A DNA stretch of 64,000 bases, from assembly GCF_009914755.1 (NCBI RefSeq), contig NC_060941.1. One strand, written 5' to 3'. The translations under genes were made by a program, and so were the position numbers. The stretch is from the human T2T-CHM13v2.0 reference genome, Homo sapiens. Under the pieces are notes generated by a model. It was not told where the DNA came from, made no database searches, and saw nothing but the letters and a program-made list of their open reading frames with translations. Positions 1 through 13,970 of the stretch are shown here, in pieces; within the stretch, counting starts at the first letter, position 1, and every line of letters begins with the position of its first letter.

Positions 1-271
1 GAACTGTTGTTTTCAGTGGTGACCCACTGTGGAGTCCTGCCCACAAATGGCACATATTGATCCACCACAGAAAACCTCTAAGCCTCAGCTCAGTTCCTCT
101 TTTTAAGAAGAAAACTGGGAAACAAATAATCTAAGAATGAGGAGAAAGCAAAGAGAATGATTCCCTTTCAAGCACTCCATAGGTTTTATGGCACCTGTAC
201 TTGCCAGAGTTTAAGTAAAATGGAAGTAATATGGTCTTTGTGCATATTTACATTAAGAAAGAAAGGGCCCA

Positions 272-929
272 TGTAAATTAGTTCAACCATTGTGGAAGAC
301 AGTATGGTGATTCCTCAAGGATCTAGAATCAGAAATACCATTTGATCCAGCAATCCCATTACTTGTTATATACCCAAAGGAATACAAATCATTCTACTAT
401 AAAGACACAGGCACATGTATGTTTATTGCAGCACTATTTACAAGAGCAAAGACATGGAACTAACCCAAACGCCCATCAATTATAGACTTGATAAAGAAAA
501 TGTGGTACATATACACCATGGAATACGATGCAGCCATAAAACGGAGTGAGATCATGTCCTTTGTAGGGACATGGATGAAGCTGGAAACCATCATCCTCAG
601 CAAACTAACACAGAAACAGAATACCAAATACAACATGTTCTCACTCATATATGGGAGTTGAACTTTGAGAACACATGGACACAGAGAGGAGAGCAACACA
701 TATCAGGGGCTGTTGGGGGGTGGGGAATGAGAGGAGGGAATTTAGAGGATGGGTCAATAGGTGCAGCAAACCACCAAGGCACACATATACCTATGTAACA
801 AACCTGCACGTTCTCCTGCATGTGTATTTCATTTTTTTTAGAAGAGAAAGAAAAGAAGGAAAGAAAGCAAGCAAGCAAGAAAGCAAGCAAGCAAGAAAGA
901 AAGAAAGCAAGCAAGAAAGAAAGAAAGAA

Positions 930-985
<56 letters not shown>

Positions 986-1011
986 AAAGAAAAAGAAAGA
1001 AAAGAAGAGCC
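272..1011 (+). mobile_element. 5'-truncated L1PA 3' end with (GAAA/GCAA)n tail
   Basis: Canonical L1 ORF2-end/3'UTR sequence. A-rich microsatellite at 841-1005. Degenerate TSD aagaaagaaagggcc / aagaaaagaagagcc. Confidence 0.85.
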
Positions 1012-1208
1012 TTAAGGTCAACCTACAAACTACAGAGTTCCTAAGTTCTCTTTTTTCTCTATTTTCTTTTCTGCCTGCTTTAAATCTGCTGTTATTTTTC
1101 TATTAAGATCAAAACCACTGTTTGGATACAACAGGCTTTTTGTTTGCAACCTGGTGAATTTGTATTTGTCTCATGGCTAAAGTTCTGAAGTAAAAGCTAT
1201 AGGATTTC

Positions 1209-1247
<39 letters not shown>

Positions 1248-4200
1248 ATCTATTTAAAAGGCCTTTATAATTTTTATAATTTTATGTTTAATTGGCAATT
1301 AAATCCATTTTGACTTCCCTCTAGCACCACCAGACTTTTTCTCTCTGTACCTTATGATATAATTTTGCTATTTGATTTTTGCCTGAGTTGTTTCCTTTAA
1401 CATGCAAACTTAAGGCTATTTAGCTGACAACTCCCTAGGGGAGTAAAACAGGTTATTAAGAATTTGAAAGCCTAAGATAGGGGAAAAAAGCTCCTTAAGT
1501 ATCTATACGATGTACTTCTATCAGCATGCCTACTATGTCTATATATTTATGTGATGTGTACACAATTTCTCGCTACTGAAAATATATAAAAGAGTTCTAA
1601 TTAATTGGCTTAAGATAAAAAGCACTTGAATCTAATACTTTATCAGGAAAAAAGAAAAGACTAGTTGAATGCTTTCTGAAGTTTATGTAACAAGTAAAAT
1701 CTTTAATAAATAAGCTAGCTTTAAAATTATTGGTAAAGTAATATTAGACATGTCTTAAAAATTGCCAGCATGCATTTTTGTTTGCATTTATTAATCAAGC
1801 AATTTCATGCTTATCCCTGTCAAATACCATAAGGTGTCAAAATTTGCCATGGAGTTACAAAACTGTAATAGAATGATCTTTGCTTGTATAATCTTTAATA
1901 AATAAGACATTGATATTGGTTTAATAAAAATAGTCACATCTTGAATTTAGTGAGATTACTGTAACTTCTAATTTTGTGGTTTTGGTGGTCTAGTCCACAG
2001 GCAGTAAGATTTAGTTTGAGAATGAACTGTTATAATCTTTGTTTCAAAGGTAAACTATAAACTATGTTCCTCTCAACGTCTGTTCAGCCTGTGCCCAGGA
2101 TTGAACAAGAACAGTTTGGAGGTTAGAAGCAAGATGGAGTCAATTAGGTCAGATCTTTTTCACTGTCTCAGTTATAATTTTGCAATGGCAGTTCCATAAC
2201 TTTAAATGATGACTATTGCAGTTTTCATAAATAATCTAGGTAAACAATTCCTTTTTAAAAAGGTGAACAATTGTCATCTAATTCAATGCTTATTTAAAGA
2301 TTATGTATAAGACAAGTTAAAAGGAACCAGGAAATCAGAGAGATGTAAAGAAAGGTATAAAAATAAAGAGGATAAAGAGGGTTCTTTTTGGTAAGGAAGC
2401 TTAAAGAGAAATAATTTCATATGAGAAAAGATCTTGTATGGTAAATTTAGACCTAAAATAAAATGATTGTTTAAGAAAGATGGATGTTCAAAACAAACCA
2501 GAAAGTCCAAGCATATCATGAACAGTCTGTAAAAGTCATAATAAGAGGATTAAAAAAAAAACCAACAAACTTTTATATGGTCAAGTTGTCTGTAATTAAA
2601 AGGAAATTATAATAGTCTTCCTGAAGATTGGGCTTCATGTAAAAAAAAAAAAGCACTGATAAACAAAATAGTTAGAGCGATGAAATTTTCTTAAGGGATT
2701 GATTTACTCTTATTAAATTATAAGAGATTTTAATTTTTTTAACCCAAAGTTCAACTGTTTACTCGCTGTTTTCTCTCCCCTTCAACTCGTTTGCAGCTCA
2801 TATAAGTTATTTTCCTTAAATTCTATTTGTTATGGTCTGATGCTAACAATGTTTTCTAAAAGTCTAAAGAAAATGTTTTCTTCCAAAGTAATATTCTGTG
2901 CAGTGTAGAAGGTCTTTTCTTTTGCCTTTGGGTAATTGACCTAACAGATTTTATGGCTTATTGAAACAATGTTATGCTGTTATTATTAATTTTTGATTTG
3001 CTCAGGAAAAAGTATCTGAGATAATTTTTTAAAATTAAGGTTATTACATCCATGTATATTTCTGTAGGTGCTTTGAAAGTACCTGTGACATTAAGTTACA
3101 GGCCTTTGACTCCTGGGTCTAACAAGGACACCAAGGTCTGCTAAATCTTAAGCACTGACAGCAATTAAAACCTCATCTTCAGGCCTGGTAGAAGATGCCA
3201 ATCAAAATAAACTGCATTCCTGAGACATAAGGCCAGAAGTAAAAGCTATTCAACTCCTCAAGGCTCAGGAACTACCACAGAAGAGGTAGGCATGTGAGAT
3301 TGTAAGGGCTGATTTTGAGAGACAAAATAAGTTCAGTTTCTCTGCAAGTTAATAATTGATGTCAAAGGCACACTGATGCAATACCAGCATACGGGCCCCT
3401 GCATCAGATTAAAAAGGTTTTCTTGAAGTGTTAACCGACCCCTTAATAAAGGTTATAAAGGTTAAAAAAGGCTTATGGAAGCTGTATCTTATGGTCAAGA
3501 TTAAAATTTTAAAGATTGATAATAAAATTTCAAAAAACAAATTTAATTGGCTTTATGCTGTTTTATTTGGGCTTAATGTTTGAAAAATTGACTTATTTTA
3601 TGATGACCTATCAAGTATTTTAAACTTTTGATATTTGGCAAAGTTTCCAGAATCAAATTACAAGTTGTGTATTTTTCTGACCTAATTAATCCTCTAAGAT
3701 ATTAGTTTCCCTAAAGTCCAAAAATGAAATAAATGACTTATTTGGTATAAAAATTATACAGGAAGCATTGTCAAATATAAAATGGTGTTTGGTTTTCTTT
3801 GGGCTGTATTTGTATAAAAATGTTATTGGTATGTGCACCAAAATTATGGGAAACTCCTATAATTCTGATATGACATGGTGTACAATATCACTAATAATTA
3901 TAATTGTTATATAAAATTATCGTGTGCCACAGTGGTAACAAATTTTCTTGTCAATTGTGTCTTTGATTATGGCTGACCTAAAACTTTTTGTCACCCATGG
4001 ACAATTGTTTTGTTTTAGTCCTTTTTAGAAGATGGTTTTATAATCAGCTATAAAACTCTAACACGTGTTCTTGAAGGCAAGTTTCTAATAACTTTGGAGA
4101 CTGTGACATCAGAATGGAGGAAAAGCTTTCAGAACTCATGGAGACCTGAAATGTTCATGAATAGCAAGCAGAACAGGAATTAACTGCATGAACTGAACTA

Positions 4201-4792
4201 ATAGAAGAGCAACGTAATCTTTTTGACTTTTTGCTTAAAATGTTGCTGCTCCTTGTTTTCCTTTTTTTAGTCAAGGAAACTTTTATTTGAGCTGTTGTCA
4301 GCTTTTAACAAGTTAGTATACTCCTGTGAAAAATATTTGGAGCATATTTGTTTCTCTCTACCTGATTTTCCCCAGAATTGGAAACTATCTGTGAGTATTC
4401 TTAACTTATGGCAATACAGTTATTTGCATAAGTGCAATAATAATCTGTTTTCATGTGTAACAAGACACAATTGGAGAAATTGGTCATTTTACCAAGGCTT
4501 TGACTGGAATGGTGTGCTCTCCTTTAAGGAATCAAATTTGACTTATGGAGCCAATAAAAGCCCCTTGGGAGAACTGGCCTCATACCTTATCTACACAGTC
4601 CCTGTACAGGGTTCCTGACCTGTGGTAAGTAAAGCATGTCACTTTCTAACAGTTCCAGGAGCCCCAAGTTTATCTTGGAACCTCAAGAGCAGAGGAATTC
4701 ATGCAACTCATAGGTATTTGATGGTACAAATCCATGGCTAGGCTAAGCTTTCCAAAAGTCTTATCCGAAATTCCTTCTATGGAACAAAGTTC

Positions 4793-5753
4793 TGATAGAG
4801 ACAGGGGGCTGAGAAATTCTAGGCAGAAAAGGGTAGGTCTCTGACAAAACCCCACCTTCAAGCTGAAAAGCCTTAAACCACGGCCCAAAGTGAGAACTTA
4901 TATCCCTGTTTTCCTGCTTGAAAGTTGCCTTTTTCTAAACCACTCATGGCTCCATCCTGTCCATCCTATGCCTGTGAAGATGCCAGACTCAGCTGGCAGA
5001 GGCAAGAAGCAGCTGGACATTGGGAACTACAGCTGGACGTCAGAGAGAAGCAGCTTGATTCAGAGGGACAGCTTGATGGTGTAATCTTGGAGAAGAATCC
5101 AGCTGGATACAGCCTAACTTTGAGGAAGATTACCTACCCACCCCATCCTTTTTCAGCTCCCCTTTCTGCTAAGAGCCACTTTCATCAGCAACAAAATCCC
5201 CCACATTTACCATCCTTTGATTGGTTCATGTGACCTCACTTTTCCTGGACACAAGACAAGAGCTTGGGAGCCAGGAGAGCAGATACAAAAGACTGTCACA
5301 CTGGCCCTCTGCCCTTGCTGGTGGAGGGCAGCTGCCTCACACAAAAAGGCAGAGGCCTCACTGAGCTGTTGACACTTAAGCCATCCATGGAAGGCAGAGT
5401 TAAAAGAACACTGTAACATGCCCTCTGGGGCTATGGGGGTCGCAGGCACCCCCACCTAGATGCTGCTGTGGGGCCCACACAGAGTTTGCTCCTGCCGGTG
5501 GCCAAAAGCACTCACTTTGGCTCCTGCACTGATTCACCTGCATGCTTCCTCCCACAAGCAGGGGACTGCAGCAGGTCCCAGTGAGTGAAGTTTGATCCTA
5601 CCGTGCTGCAGTGCCGATTCCAGCACAGTGCACTCCAGTTCCTGCCTCATTTGCTTGCATGCTCGCTCCTGCAAGGAGTTGAGAGTGGCAGGCTGAATAA
5701 ACGAGGCACCCGTCACAAGTCCCACAAAGGGGTCAGGGAAACATCCTGCTTCA
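4793..5753 (+). mobile_element. Solo ERV1 LTR (LTR1/LTR27/LTR28 group)
   Basis: TG...CA termini and a 4-bp TSD gttc at 4789-4792 and 5754-5757. Confidence 0.75.
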
Positions 5754-6474
5754 GTTCCATCAAAGGCAATTTAAAAGCTTATGCAAAAAAAAAGTATTAC
5801 TATGGCTGCGCTGTATACAAATAATCAGGTCAAGTATAATAAAGAAAATCAGCCCTGCCATGATTTGTCTTTAGTAAAAATGGGAAATGGGAGAGAGAAG
5901 AATTATGTTTCAAAAAATGATAATACACCTGTTGTTAGATTCTAGTCTTGCCTAATGTTTTCACATTTTTATTATTTTCTACAGTTTCGACTGAATTCTA
6001 ATTTTTCTTGGCTACAGGTCTTCAAAAGATTGTTTTCAGTTTTTTTTTCTTCTTCTTTCCCCCATTTTTCCTAATTTGGAGTCACTGAAAACTCATCTGT
6101 GCTTTTGTAAAAGCCCTGCGAACTGGAGCTAGAGAATTTAAACTTCAGAAGAAAATACCAGCAACCTGTTTACATACATAAGCCACTTTCATACCTGCCT
6201 ACTGATGTATGGACTTCAGAGTAATGTGGCCCATATTGATTTTCCAGGATTGTTCTTTTGTTTATTTTTGTTTTTCTCCCTTCCTCCCCCTATTTTCTCT
6301 TCATAGGACATGAAACTTCACAACCTGCTAAAAATGAACTTTCCTAATAACTCAGGAATTATCTTTCTAGGAATAAACAATCCTAGCCATGAGATATCAG
6401 ATGAAACTTGAGACCAAAGACTGACTTTCTTCAAAAAGGCTTTCTCAAAAAGATTTTTAAGAAAAGGGGGGAAA

Positions 6475-6925
6475 TTTGAAAGGAAAATAAACCTTGGGGC
6501 CCTGAAATCACTAAGGTAAAGGGGAAAGTCAAGCTGGGAACTGCTTAGGGCAAACCTGCCTCCCATTCTATTCACAGTCACCCCTCTGCTCACTGAGTTA
6601 AATGCATATCTGATTGCCTCCTTTGGAAAGGCTAATCAGAAACTCTAAAGAAAGCAACCATTTGTCTCTTATCTACCTATGACCTGGAAGCCCCTCCCCG
6701 CTTAGACTTGTCCCGCCTTTTCCGGACGGAACCACTGTTCATCTTACATATGTTGATTGATGTCTCATGTCTCCCTAAAATGTATAAAACCAAGCTGTGC
6801 TCTGACCACTTTGGGCACATGTCTTCAGAACCTCCTGAGGCTGTGTCACAGGTGTACATCCCCAACCTTGGCAAAATAAACTTTCTAAATAAACTGAGAC
6901 CTGTCTCCGATTTTGGGGGTTCACA
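6475..6925 (+). mobile_element. MER4A-like LTR (3' LTR of the preceding element)
   Basis: tgaaaggaaaataaa start after the PPT, aataaa near 6875, ends ggttcaca. Confidence 0.75.
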
Positions 6926-7646
6926 AGGCCATACTGACTTGTCCCCTGTGTGAAGCCCAGCAGGATCCTTTCACAGCAAGCTCTTTTCACTTGAACCTTT
7001 GTGCATCAGTGCCTAACTCTTTCACAAGATAAGGGGTCCTACAGAATCGAAGCAGACCCACCAGAGGGTTACAAGTTCCTGATACCTAGTACAACCTGGG
7101 AAAGAGAGCAAAAGCCCTTTATTCCTGATGCAGCTTCCCCAATCTCTAGCCAATTTGCACCAAAAGCCCAAGAAACTCCTAACTACAAATTCCTTCCTGG
7201 GGTGGGGTGTTTGGGAGGGTGGGCAGGGACTTCTCTGGGGTCCTGCATGCACAGCTAGGATCAAGGTTCAGCTTATAGTAACCATTTCCTCATTTTAATA
7301 GTAAAAACAACCACAACAAGAAAAACACCCCAAGGCGGAGATTTCATATGCTAATGATACATGCGATGGGTGTTAGACCACGTGGATCCTGAGCACATGT
7401 GCCAACCGCAGGTCTGCCTTTGCATACTTGACCTCACCAGTATTTTATGATTATGTACGTATAGCTCCCATAAAAGGAATTCCTCTTACAGCACTAGCTG
7501 CTGTCTCTCCCACTGAGCACCCCACTCTGCCTCTCAAAGAGTACTTTTGCTTTGCAACAAATTTCTTCGCTTACTCTTACTTTGGATTTGCTCTCAAATT
7601 CTTTTGCACAGCAAATTCAAGAACCTGAACTGGTCCACCGACAACA
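6926..7646 (+). mobile_element. Older ERV1-class LTR fragment (family uncertain)
   Basis: LTR-like composition ending ...gaacctgaactggtccaccgacaaca. Confidence 0.45.
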
Positions 7647-8066
7647 AAATAACAAAATTCCCTTATATAACATTTGGAGTCTGCCTTAACTGATTTGAAT
7701 CAAGATGGAATGCAGTAGGATGAGATGTGCCTTTTAAATTTGACACAGAAGAGTGAGGAGTATTACCATGATATCATAAGTTCTAAAATCATGGATGAAC
7801 TTACAAACAACAATACTGGGGCTTTACCTATCCCAAAGCATTCCATATATCAAATTGAAACAATCAAAAGCTTCTATTTTATTTTAGTTTATGCGTGACA
7901 TTGGAGCAGTTTGGCACTATGAGTTCATCCTTGAAGTCTTACTTTGGAATCATGCTTTGAGAATCCCCTTCTACTGCATTCCCACCTCACCCCCATGAAT
8001 CAGTAAACTCAGTGAAAATTATCACAAAAAAATGCAAAAAACAATAAAAGATTTCTAAATGAAAAG

Positions 8067-8072
8067 TTTAAT
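8067..8072 (-). terminator. Candidate poly(A) signal (ATTAAA) for KRTAP4-11; alternative AATAAA at 7878-7883
   Basis: tttaat on + strand ~530 bp after the stop codon. Confidence 0.4.
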
Positions 8073-8598
8073 ACAATATATTTTGTGAACACAATAAAGA
8101 TAAAGAACCAATAAAATAGAAAAATTCTGGCAAACTTGAACAAACAGAGACAAAGAGAGAACAGGGAGAAAGCAGGAGAGCATGGGAGGGGCAGCCTCCT
8201 ACCTTTCCAAGAGAAAAGAATGACTGAAAGGCTGACAGACAAATAATATGTTTGAAATGGAGATAATGTGTACCTCACTGGGAAGGATATTCTGTAGGCT
8301 CAAAACGATTTAAAAAATGAGGAATTTAGAGGATTGGAATAATTTCTTAGCTAGTGGATTACAAATTATTTCATATTTGGTGCCATGACTGGAAGAGAAA
8401 GAAAGCAAGGGAGGGAGTTTAAAATGAACCAGAATGTTCTCACAGAGTCAGTGGGATGGTGATGGGCTCATTGGAAACATGAAGTCCACCCTGCTGAATG
8501 ACATCAATCCCACTCCATGTGTCCTAATAGTCAGCACAGAAGAATGGTCTACAACTGTGGGCCTGCAGTGAAGGGAGAGATGAGCCAGGGCAGTGGGC

Positions 8599-9186
8599 TC
8601 AGCAGCAAGAGGAGGCACAGCACAAGGGGCGGGGGCAGCTGGAGATGACACAGGTTGGGCGATAGCAAGTGGTGTGGCAGGAGACTCCGCCACAGACTGG
8701 ACGCAGGCAGCAGCAGGGGCGGCAGCAGCTGGATTCACAGCAAGAGGGGCGGCAGCAGCTGGAGATGCTGCAGCTGGGGTGGCAGCAGGTGGGCTGGCAG
8801 CACACAGACTGGCAGCACTGGGGTCTGCAGCAGCTGGACACACAGCAGCTGGGGCGACAGCAGCTGGAGATGCAGCATCTGGGGCGGCAGCAAGTGGGCT
8901 GGCAGCACATAGACTGGCAGCACTGGGGCTTGCAGCAGCTGGACACACAGCAGCTGGGGCGACAGCAGCTGGAGATGCAGCATCTGGGGCGGCAGCAGGT
9001 GGGCTGGCAGCACACAGACTGGCAGCACTGGGGCCTGCAGCAGCTGGACACACAGCAGCTGGGGCGACAGTAGGTGGTCCTGCAGCAGGTGGTCTCACAG
9101 CAGCTGGGGCGGCAGCAGGTCTCCTGGCAGAGGTCTTGGCCACAGCCTTGGTGAGAGCACACGGAGCCACAACAGGAGTTTACCAT
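8599..9186 (-). CDS. KRTAP4-11: Keratin-associated protein 4-11, 195 aa, intronless ultra-high-sulfur KAP
   Basis: ATG at 9186 in the shared ctctgacaccATGG context. [26 protein letters not shown]-terminus, CC-x-x-x pentapeptide repeats (35-aa/105-bp higher-order unit), PLCCASSCC* end. Gene order matches the 17q21.2 KRTAP4 cluster. Confidence 0.9.
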   Translation of the reverse strand: MVNSCCGSVCSHQGCGQDLCQETCCRPSCCETTCCRTTYCRPSCCVSSCCRPQCCQSVCCQPTCCRPRCCISSCCRPSCCVSSCCKPQCCQSMCCQPTCCRPRCCISSCCRPSCCVSSCCRPQCCQSVCCQPTCCHPSCSISSCCRPSCCESSCCRPCCCLRPVCGGVSCHTTCYRPTCVISSCPRPLCCASSCC

Positions 9187-9268
9187 GGTGTCAGAGGGTG
9201 AAGGATCTAGTTGGGTTTCTAGGAGAGTGAAGTTCTTGTGTTTGGAAGTCTCCTGGGCCTGTAGTCCC

Positions 9269-9274
9269 TTTATA
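9269..9274 (-). promoter_or_regulatory. TATA box of KRTAP4-11 (TATAAA)
   Basis: tttata on + strand, ~85 bp upstream of the ATG; same spacing in all six genes. Confidence 0.8.
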
Positions 9275-9892
9275 CCCTCCTGAAGGCCCATTGCCACCAC
9301 ATCATTATTTCCTTGTTATTATTTACCTACTGGAAAAATTAATCATGTAATTACATCATTGTGTTTCCAGTTAAATACTCCAAAACAGAGAAAATAACCC
9401 ATTTCCTTTTCCTGCTGTGCTCCTGTGTTTCCATTGGAAATGCATGTCATATTTCTTCATTAGTGGGGAGTCACCTTTGTCCCTGGTCTATGCAGTGTCT
9501 TTTACAAAGCACTGGTCACAGGACTCTCTGACATTTTGTTTTTAAATGTGACTCTCCCTCCTACCTGCAGATTGCTGTCTGCAAATCATGGGGGATGATT
9601 TTTATAATGTGAATGTATCTTTTGTTGTCAAAGAATGTCCTGGTCAGGTGAAATGTTGGGAAGGAATTAGAAGGAAGCACTCATTTGGGGAAGGATGTCC
9701 CATCTGTAATGAGGATGACTCTGATCCCATGTGTGCATCTCGGATGGTCGGGCAGATGGTCAGATCCCAAGAAGTTCTAAACTCTGTCAGATCTTATTCC
9801 ACAGCCTCCAGCGAAAGTACTTACCCATGACTCACTGCCTTTAAAGGGTAAAAACACATTTTGCTGTATGTCTTACAGTATATGCATTATGA

Positions 9893-10197
<305 letters not shown>

Positions 10198-11839
10198 TGA
10201 TTAATCTTTGATCATCAAAATTGCATGATGGATTTTTCATTTACAAAAGCATTTGTTATATATAAAGAATATTTAGAATTATTAAGCCTTCAATAACATG
10301 CATCCAAGATGTTCTATTGGGTACTCTGGGTGTAGAACAGATAAACCCTCAACTTTTTCTTGCAGGTACTTGCATAAGACACATGGATAGGAAACAGTTT
10401 GGCAGAAATGAAAAGAATTACAATTATTTTCATTAAACAACTAAAATAAAAAATGTATAATATGTGGATAAGTTCCATACACCCTCATGGTATGTATATT
10501 ACTTGTGAAGTATTGACTATGTAGCAGGCATTGTACCAAATATCTTACATTTGTTTCATTTTCACGCTTTAATAGAACCTTATGAACTAGTTTATATTCT
10601 TATTAGTCTTTTAGGGGAATACTCAAAAGAAGCATTAAAAACTTAAAACAAACAAACAAACAACTTGTCCAAGGTTAAAGAGAAAGTAAGCCTAATATGT
10701 CTTAGTGTAGCCAAGAAAGCCGTAAAGAATACAATTTGCTAAGCTTGCTGAAACTGCTTCATCTTCTTGGAATGTTTCATCTTTTTTTGTCCACTCTGCA
10801 AACTCCTACTCATGTGTCAAGACCCAGTTAAAATATTTCCTCCTCAATAATATCTTTCCTGCTAAGCTACCCCATTCATGTATCATGATTTCCTGCCTTG
10901 TGCTCATAATTTATACATTCTCCTGTATCATAGTCATTTACTTCTGTCTTTCCACCACGTGCAATGCAAATACCCTGAAGGCTTGCGCTATGGCATTTAT
11001 TCTCGTTACCATGATACTCAGCACAGAGAACACTGGTGGTAAATGTTTGTTGAGTGAATGAAGGTTTTTTTGATGACATAGAGGCATGTAAGGTCCTTTA
11101 AAAAATGTATATATCTTTTGACTTCTGGATAAAAGGGAGGAAAACATCCCAAACAAAGAAATCATAATTTCATTTCAGGAAGACTAAACTCATTTGTGTG
11201 ATAGGTAACATGTCACCTGATAAATAACATACGTGGAAACTGCGGAAGTCAAGATTCAATTTATAGAATGAGACTTGTTTATAGATAACCAAGAATACAG
11301 TGTTGAACGTGCATGCCTATATTCACACAGTAAAAAGACAGGAAGGAAGTAAACGCCAGATGGTAGCACTGGTTCTCCTTCACCTCCTGACTTCCTCGTT
11401 TTACTCTTGTTGATTGAAATAACTATTATTTCCTGTTTCGTATCAGTCAGCCAAAAATGTTTGCTGATAATCTGTTGTCTTAGCTTAAATTCTACCCAAT
11501 GCAAACCTTGAGAAAAAGACCTGAGTGCACATAATTTATTTGGGGGATGATCCCAGGAAGCACAAGTGAGGAAACGGTGAAAGTAAGACAGGAAAGGTAG
11601 AAAATCCCAACAGTGTTTGTGTTAATGGTAAGGCCCCCACTGTGGGCAGCTGGGGACGAACCCCAGGGACAAGCCTGAGGCTGGAGACACTTGGCCACCA
11701 TGATTGCACACCTGTAAAATCCTGTAGAGTCAGCTGGGTATTAGTGTGAATCGCGAGATCAGATAAAATATGAACTTATACTAATCCATAGACTTTTTAT
11801 ACACTAGCAATAATTCTCTCTAAAATTTAATGGAGAAAA

Positions 11840-12022
11840 ATCACACACTGGGGCCTGTCGTGGGGTGGGGGGAGGGAGGAGGGATAGCATTAGGAGAAAT
11901 ACCTAATGTAAATGACGAGTTAATGGGTGCAGCACACCAACATGGCACATGTATACATATGTAACAAACCTGCACGTTGTGCACATGTACCCTAGAACTT
12001 AAAGTATAATAAAAAAAAAAAG
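11840..12022 (+). mobile_element. L1PA 3' end fragment
   Basis: ggggcctgtcgtggggtgggggg...cctagaacttaaagtataat followed by poly(A). Confidence 0.9.
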
Positions 12023-12634
12023 AAGCATGTACTCACAGTTCTCAAGAGTAAATAGAAAAATATGTAAATAAATCTGCCAAGCCTTTGTGAAGGAAAATGT
12101 TAACATTTCCGGAAGGACATAAAATAATGTTTGAATAAATGTCAGAACAAGAGATGTGCAACGAAAGCCAAGTTTTCAAATAAATACATACATGTTTTAT
12201 GCATGCATTTAATGAGGATGTATCTCAATTTGCAACATTAGGTATTGAATGGGATTGGCAAAGATCATGATGGGAAACTTACTTTTGTTCACATTGTCAC
12301 ATTCTTTTGTATTGTCTAAATGTTTAAAGAGCATATATTTGTGTATAAATGATCTAAACATCCTTAGAAAATAATAAATGTGATTTATATAAAATTCATA
12401 ATTTTTCTACATATTCTGTTAAATATATTTTCTGCTATTATGTTTACATTCTTATTTCTTTCAGGAACTAAAATATTAAAAGTACATTTCAGTCAGTCAT
12501 TTGAGCTCTCAAATTAGCTATCATGAATTTCAAATTGTTTTGGGGGACAGGCTGGGTTCCCCAGGAAGCAGTCACTGAGATGGAGAGCAATATGCAGGAG
12601 GTTTATTGAAGCATGCTCTTGGGATTAACACTGG

Positions 12635-12755
12635 GGAGGGCAGGGGAGGGGAAAGGGAGGGGAGGGGAAAGGGAAAGGGAAGGGGAAGGGGAGGGAAAGG
12701 GAAGGGAAGGGAAGGGAAGGGAAGGGAAGGGAAGGGAAGGGAAAGGAAGGGAAAG
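12635..12755 (+). repeat. (GGGAA/GGAAG)n purine tract within an MLT-like LTR
   Basis: Directly visible pentamer repeat. Confidence 0.85.
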
Positions 12756-13224
12756 TGAGAGAAAGATCAAGTTTGACACTGGGATAAATCAAACTGCAGG
12801 GCAATCTCCGTGGAAGTCTCAGATGAACCTATAGGGAGTTCTGGAGATGAGATGACCCATTAGAGGCATCCCTAGTTGGGGAGAAATGTGGGTCTTTATA
12901 GTTTCATCCTAAAAAAAGGGCATGACTTTGGACGAAAAGAAAAAAAATCAGTCTCCAGCATACCTGTGAGTTTTCACTAGGCCTGCTTCCTTCATTTCCA
13001 TCACCTGCCTGGCCGTGAAGGTGGCCCTCTCTACATGGCAGCATGAACTCCCCATTGAAACTCTGCCAGTCAGAATGAAGGAGATCCACTGTGTTTGTGT
13101 TGAGGATTCATTACACATGACTCAGTAGAAAATACATGGACTTTGCTAAACCACCTAATAGCTGCTTTTACTGGAAAAAAAAAGAAATTGAAATACAGTG
13201 TTTTAAAAGATCACAGCTCTGTGC

Positions 13225-13650
13225 ACAATAGTAAAGACATGGAATCAGTCTAGGTGCCCATCAACAGTGCATTGGATAAAGAACATGTGACATTTTCACA
13301 CCATGGAATACTACACAGCCATAAAAAAGAATGAAATTTTGTCCTTTGCAGCAACATGGATGTGGCTGGAGGACATTATCTTAAGCAAATTTTTCCAGGA
13401 ACAGAAAACCAAATATTGCATGTTGTCACTTACAAATGGGAGCTAAACATTGGATACACATGGACACAAAGATGAGAACAACTGGGGACTCCAAAAAGGG
13501 GGGAGAGAGGGAGAGAGGAAGGGCTAAAAATGACCCACTGCTCAGTACCTGGTGACAGAATCATTTGTAGCCCAAACCTCAGCATCACACAACATGTAAC
13601 AAATACGAATATGTACTCTTTGATTCTAAAATAAAAGTTGAAATTATTTT
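13225..13650 (+). mobile_element. L1 3' end fragment (L1PA/PB)
   Basis: L1 ORF2 C-terminus/3'UTR motifs. Confidence 0.8.
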
Positions 13651-13970
13651 TTAAAAGATGATGAGTTGTGATCAATCTTTCAAAATGTTTCCCCTGTTGT
13701 TATATTCATGGATATTTCATGACTTCAGCTTCACTCTTTTTGTCTAAAGAATACAAAATGACTAATTGATTTGCCTAAGCCTGAAAAGACTTTTCTAGAA
13801 AAAAACTAGGCAGTGATCGATGTCAGTTGACCTCTGTTAGAAGGTTGACTAATCTGTGCTGTGAGCCCTACAGGTGTAGTTAAATGTAATCACCCAGGAC
13901 CTAAATATAAAACCCTTTTTAAAAAGAGAATAAGAATCATATTCAATTTTCAGTGCCAATAGAATAGAGG

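Larger units (their letters stand above)
1..6474 (+). mobile_element. ERV1-class internal region (MER4-int-like), interrupted by an L1 and a solo LTR
   Basis: AT-rich, non-coding, MER4-int-like sequence continuous across the L1 at 272-1005. Ends in a polypurine tract aagaaaaggggggaaa just before the LTR. Confidence 0.65.

Noticed and set aside
675-1106. Lys/Glu/Arg-rich or Phe/Leu/Ser-rich ORFs
   Set aside because: They are translations of the (GAAA)n microsatellite derived from an L1 poly(A) tail.
8593-9201. Long antisense and shifted-frame Ala/Gly/Pro- or Gln-rich ORFs over every KRTAP4 gene (e.g. 8593-9201+, 14448-15077+, 59305-60177+, 51680-52330-)
   Set aside because: TGC/AGC-rich pentapeptide repeats lack stops in alternative frames, so these ORFs are expected by-products. 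There is no independent promoter or poly(A) evidence.
9187-9300. N-terminal extensions of KRTAP4-11 (233 aa) and KRTAP4-6 (217 aa) in the ORF track
   Set aside because: The KRTAP4-11 start lies upstream of its TATA box, and the KRTAP4-6 start is a non-ATG codon in the 5'UTR. The family-conserved start is the acaccATGG codon.
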